Shown here: positions 7,907 through 8,584 of the stretch, piece after piece | Layout of the letters: each line of letters begins with the position of its first letter | Numbering within the stretch: the stretch's first letter is position 1 | Virus record (IMG/VR): IMGVR_UViG_2698536348_000014 | Length of the DNA stretch: 8,584 nucleotides | Direction: 5' to 3' (one strand) | Origin: a virus | Lineage: Duplodnaviria; Heunggongvirae; Uroviricota; Caudoviricetes | The notes under the pieces: generated by a model | Database searches by the model: none | Told to the model about the DNA's origin: nothing | What the model saw: the letters and a program-made list of their open reading frames with translations, nothing else | Position numbers and translations under genes: made by a program

Positions 7907-8584
7907 CGTCCACCTCCGGAGAACAGACCACCATCGCGCATCTGCCCGGTCACAACATCCATTGCCGCCTTACGGGCTACGTCATAAACAGCCTTCAGTG
8001 CCTGTGGCCCTATCTGACCGTTCGTGCCGTCGTTGTTAATCACCACATGGTTATTCTGCTCAAACGTCCCGGACGCCTGCGACCGGCTGTCCGCCATGCT
8101 GCCCGGTGTACCGACATAACCGCCGGTGGCATAGCCGCGCATCAGCCGGTAGAGATTCCCCACGCCAATCCGGCTGGTTGCCTCCTTCGTGAAGACGAAT
8201 TCACCGCGGTGAACAATTCCCGCTGGCTCATATTTGCCGCCGGTTCCCGTAAATCCTCCGGTTGCAAAATGGAATTTCGCCGCAGCGGCCTGAATGGCTG
8301 TACCGCCTGACGCGGATGCGCCGCCACCAACAGCCCCGCCAATGGCGCTGCCGATACTCCCGACAATCCCCACCATTGCCTGCTTAAGCAGAATTTCTGT
8401 CAGCATGGAGAGCACCGAACGGGTGAATCCCCGCCAGTTCTGTTCGCTGCCGGTCAGCATCGCTGCCATATTCTGTGCAATACCGTCAAAGGTCTGCGTG
8501 GCTGCACTTTTTACCTGCGACATACTGTCCGTGGCGCTCTCTTCCCACTCACTCCAGCCGGACTTCAGGCCTGCCATCCAGCTC
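7903..8584 (-). CDS. H: Lambda-like tail tape measure protein H, C-terminal ~225 codons only (5' end lies beyond the window)
   Basis: The frame is open to the window edge. It has a Gly-rich segment (GSIGSAIGGAVGGGASASGG...) and ends ...MRDGGLFSGGGR just upstream of M, as in lambda. The M at 8575-8577 in the ORF track is an internal Met, not the start. Confidence 0.85.
   Translation of the reverse strand, partial: SWMAGLKSGWSEWEESATDSMSQVKSAATQTFDGIAQNMAAMLTGSEQNWRGFTRSVLSMLTEILLKQAMVGIVGSIGSAIGGAVGGGASASGGTAIQAAAAKFHFATGGFTGTGGKYEPAGIVHRGEFVFTKEATSRIGVGNLYRLMRGYATGGYVGTPGSMADSRSQASGTFEQNNHVVINNDGTNGQIGPQALKAVYDVARKAAMDVVTGQMRDGGLFSGGGR

Noticed and set aside
7903-8577. ATG at 8575-8577 as the start of a 224-aa gene
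   Set aside because: The frame is open to the window edge and the product is the C-terminal part of tape-measure protein H. The Met is internal.
1-8584. CRISPR arrays, tRNA or rRNA genes, or a novel defence or toxin system
   Set aside because: No spaced direct repeats or structured RNA gene signatures were noticed, and every substantial ORF is accounted for by known phage tail or IS66 proteins. No unexplained coding capacity remains.

Overview
This window is the distal tail-tip module of a lambda-like prophage, all on the minus strand, with an IS66-family insertion sequence at its downstream end. Reading 5'->3' on the minus strand: the 3' part of the tape-measure gene H (partial, runs off the window at 8584), then M, L, K, I and the host-specificity gene J. 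J is interrupted near its 3' end by the IS (tnpA-tnpB-tnpC, about 1..2454), so the J reading frame runs into the IS terminal inverted repeat and stops about 100 codons short of lambda J (1132 aa, from memory). The window begins exactly on the other IS terminus (GTAAGCG...), so the far side of the insertion is not visible. I see no rRNA, tRNA or CRISPR array, and no evidence of a novel defence or other undescribed system: this is a well-known phage structural module. The points worth a second look are the IS-mediated truncation of the J receptor-binding end, the co-orientation of the IS with the late operon, and the ubiquitin-like/JAB-peptidase pair I/K, where the longer 247-aa K ORF carries the catalytic Glu that the classical 199-aa lambda K start would omit. 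All calls rest on reading the translations and motifs by eye; no database search was run.
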